A stretch of DNA of 63,993 nucleotides, counting the filler, from Octopus bimaculoides (taxonomy: Eukaryota), in NCBI RefSeq assembly GCF_001194135.2. It is 8 parts of 8 records of this genome, joined end to end, with 100 filler letters (N's around TTAATTAATTAA, not from the genome) between each part and the next. Parts side by side here need not be neighbours in the genome. Positions count along the whole stretch, not along the records: positions 60,872 to 62,772 come from NW_026365046.1; positions 62,873 to 63,993 come from NW_026432752.1; 6 more parts are not named here. One strand, 5' to 3'. This document shows, piece after piece, positions 62,228-63,993 of the stretch (position 1 is the first letter of the stretch; every line of letters begins with the position of its first letter). The notes beneath the pieces were generated by a model, which did no database searches, had not been told where the DNA came from, and was given only the letters and a program-made list of their open reading frames with translations. A program made the position numbers and the translations under genes.

Positions 62228-62750
62228 CTAATCAAGGAGAGAGTTAGTCTAGATAACATGCAGTTTGGCTTTGTGCCAGATAGAAGCACCACTGATGCTA
62301 TATTTCTGATAAGGCAACTTCAGGAGAAATACCTAGCCAAAGATAAATCTCTGTACTTGGCTTTTGTTGACTTGGAGAAAGCTGTTGACAGAGTTCCACG
62401 ATCCGTTTTCTGGTGGTCAATACAGAAACTAGAGATAGACAAGTGGATGGTGAGAGCTGTACAAACCTTGTACAGGGATGCTACTAGTAAGGTGAGGGTG
62501 GGAAACAAGTACAGAGAAGAATTAAGTGTTCAGGTAGGGATTCAACAAGGATCGATGCTCAGCCTCCTCTTGTTCATCATAGTCCTCCAAGCAATAACAG
62601 AGGAATTCAAGACAGGCTGCCCCTGCAAGCTCCTCTATGCTGATGAGCTTGCTCTTATAGCTGAATCACTACATGAGCTAGAGAAGTTCCAGATATGGAA
62701 ACATGGTCTAGAAGCAAAGGGCTTTAGAGTTAACCTAGCAAAAACCAAGT
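62228..62750 (+). pseudogene. RTE-clade LINE reverse-transcriptase fragment
   Basis: Open for ~175 codons: QFGFVPDRSTTDAIF, AFVDLEKAVDRVPR, VGIQQGSMLSLLLF, LLYADELAL (YADD mutated), GFRVNLAKTK. Confidence 0.95.
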
Positions 62751-63834
62751 CACATATACATATATATATATANNNNNNNNNNNNNNNNNNNNNNNNNNNN
62801 NNNNNNNNNNNNNNNNTTAATTAATTAANNNNNNNNNNNNNNNNNNNNNNNNNNNNNNNNNNNNNNNNNNNNGTGTGGAAGCATACAGCACAAGCAGATT
62901 TACTTGTACATACATACATACATGCAAAAATACATACGTACATGCTTATTTACATACATACAAAATACATGCATACTTATATACATATATACATGCTTAT
63001 ATACATAAATACATAGTTATATACATACATATATACTTCTATACGTACCTACACAATTTCATACATACATACTCACATCCATCCATCCATCCAGCCAGCC
63101 AGCCATACATACATACATACATATATACATACATACATACATACATATATACNNNNNNNNNNNNNTACATATATACATACAAAAATACATACATACATAA
63201 TAACTCATGTCTATTCCATATTTGAAAATTACATACCCCTTGCACACACTCTCACTCATATCTACACTCCACTCACCCTCCACACACACTCACACATATA
63301 TGAACTATAACCGAGAACAAAATAAAACAAAACAATACAACAAAGAAACCAGAGATGGATACAAAGCTAATAAAGACAAGACAAAGAGTAGAAATATCCA
63401 TTAANNNNNNNNNNTGGATACAAAGCTAATAAAGACAAGACAAAGAGTAGAAATATCCATTAAACTTGTTACGTTTATCTCACAAATGATGTGGAGATGA
63501 CTATAATCCTACATCAAAAGGCTATATTTTCCGCTTGACTTATTATGATCAGTGATAAGCATCAAAAGTGTTATTAGTGACCGGAGGTGAGATGGAAATA
63601 TGAATTGTGTGGTCTTTGTACAGAACATAAGATACTNNNNNNNNNNTGGAGGAAGTGAAGTATACTACGAAGGGGCCTACAGTACCCTGTTCCACGGGGT
63701 ACCTTGGGGTGTCACGGTCGTATTTATACTGGTACTTGAAGAAGAGTCCAGTCTCATGATCTGCAGTTATGTGTGTATGTATGTATGTGTGTATGAGAAT
63801 GTGTATGTGTATGTATGTGCATAGGTAGGTAAGT

Positions 63835-63993
63835 ACTTGACTCTTTTACTCTTTTACTTGTTTCAGTCATTTGACTGCGGCNNNNNNNNNNCTTGACTCT
63901 TTTACTCTTTTACTTGTTTCAGTCATTTGACTGCGGCCATGGAGGAGCACCGCCTGTAGTCGAGCAAATCGACCCCAGGACTTATTCTTTGGA
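63835..63993 (-). mobile_element. SINE family B 3' end (first 47 bp falsely duplicated across a 10-N gap)
   Basis: cttttactcttttacttgtttcagtcatttgactgcggccatggaggagcaccgcc...gtcgagcaaatcgaccccagg. Confidence 0.88.

Noticed and set aside
63647-63770. Minus-strand peptide ADHETGLFFK...QGTVGPFVVY (pogo DETGLF-like or LINE QGTVLGP-like)
   Set aside because: Two incompatible weak resemblances in 40 residues; it cannot be assigned without a search.

Overview
This is AT-rich animal genomic DNA from a draft assembly, dominated by microsatellites and transposon relics. About one-sixth is N. Seven 100-bp gaps carry an artificial TTAATTAATTAA linker. The repeat families (tRNA-headed SINEs, RTE LINE tails, mariners) look like those I recall from octopus/coleoid genomes; this is recognition from memory, not a database result. 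I could not support any complete host protein-coding gene. Nearly all supplied ORFs are microsatellite or N artefacts. The real coding relics are all from transposons: two mariner transposase pseudogenes (DD34D; 28.5-29.6 kb and a deleted copy at 41.5-42.4 kb), a maT/DD37D transposase pseudogene (61.0-62.2 kb), an RTE reverse-transcriptase fragment (62.2-62.75 kb), an older RTE fragment (3.2-3.6 kb) and a Penelope-like RT fragment (43.6-43.95 kb). There are also about 20 SINE copies from 4 families and several MITEs with visible TIRs and TSDs. The most interesting structures are: (1) a decayed ~180-bp tandem array of at least 7-8 units (38.3-40.2 kb), interrupted by a SINE with a perfect 11-bp TSD; (2) a SINE-head/Penelope-RT/SINE-tail chimera with a palindromic junction; (3) a ~106-bp near-zero-spacer palindrome at 35.84-35.95 kb; (4) patchy CpG decay between copies of the same SINE family, suggesting germline methylation domains; (5) a few isolated splice-flanked candidate exons, one encoding RLPPFSRMS*, reminiscent of the TTP/Tis11 CNOT1-binding tail. 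None of these is established as a new biological system.
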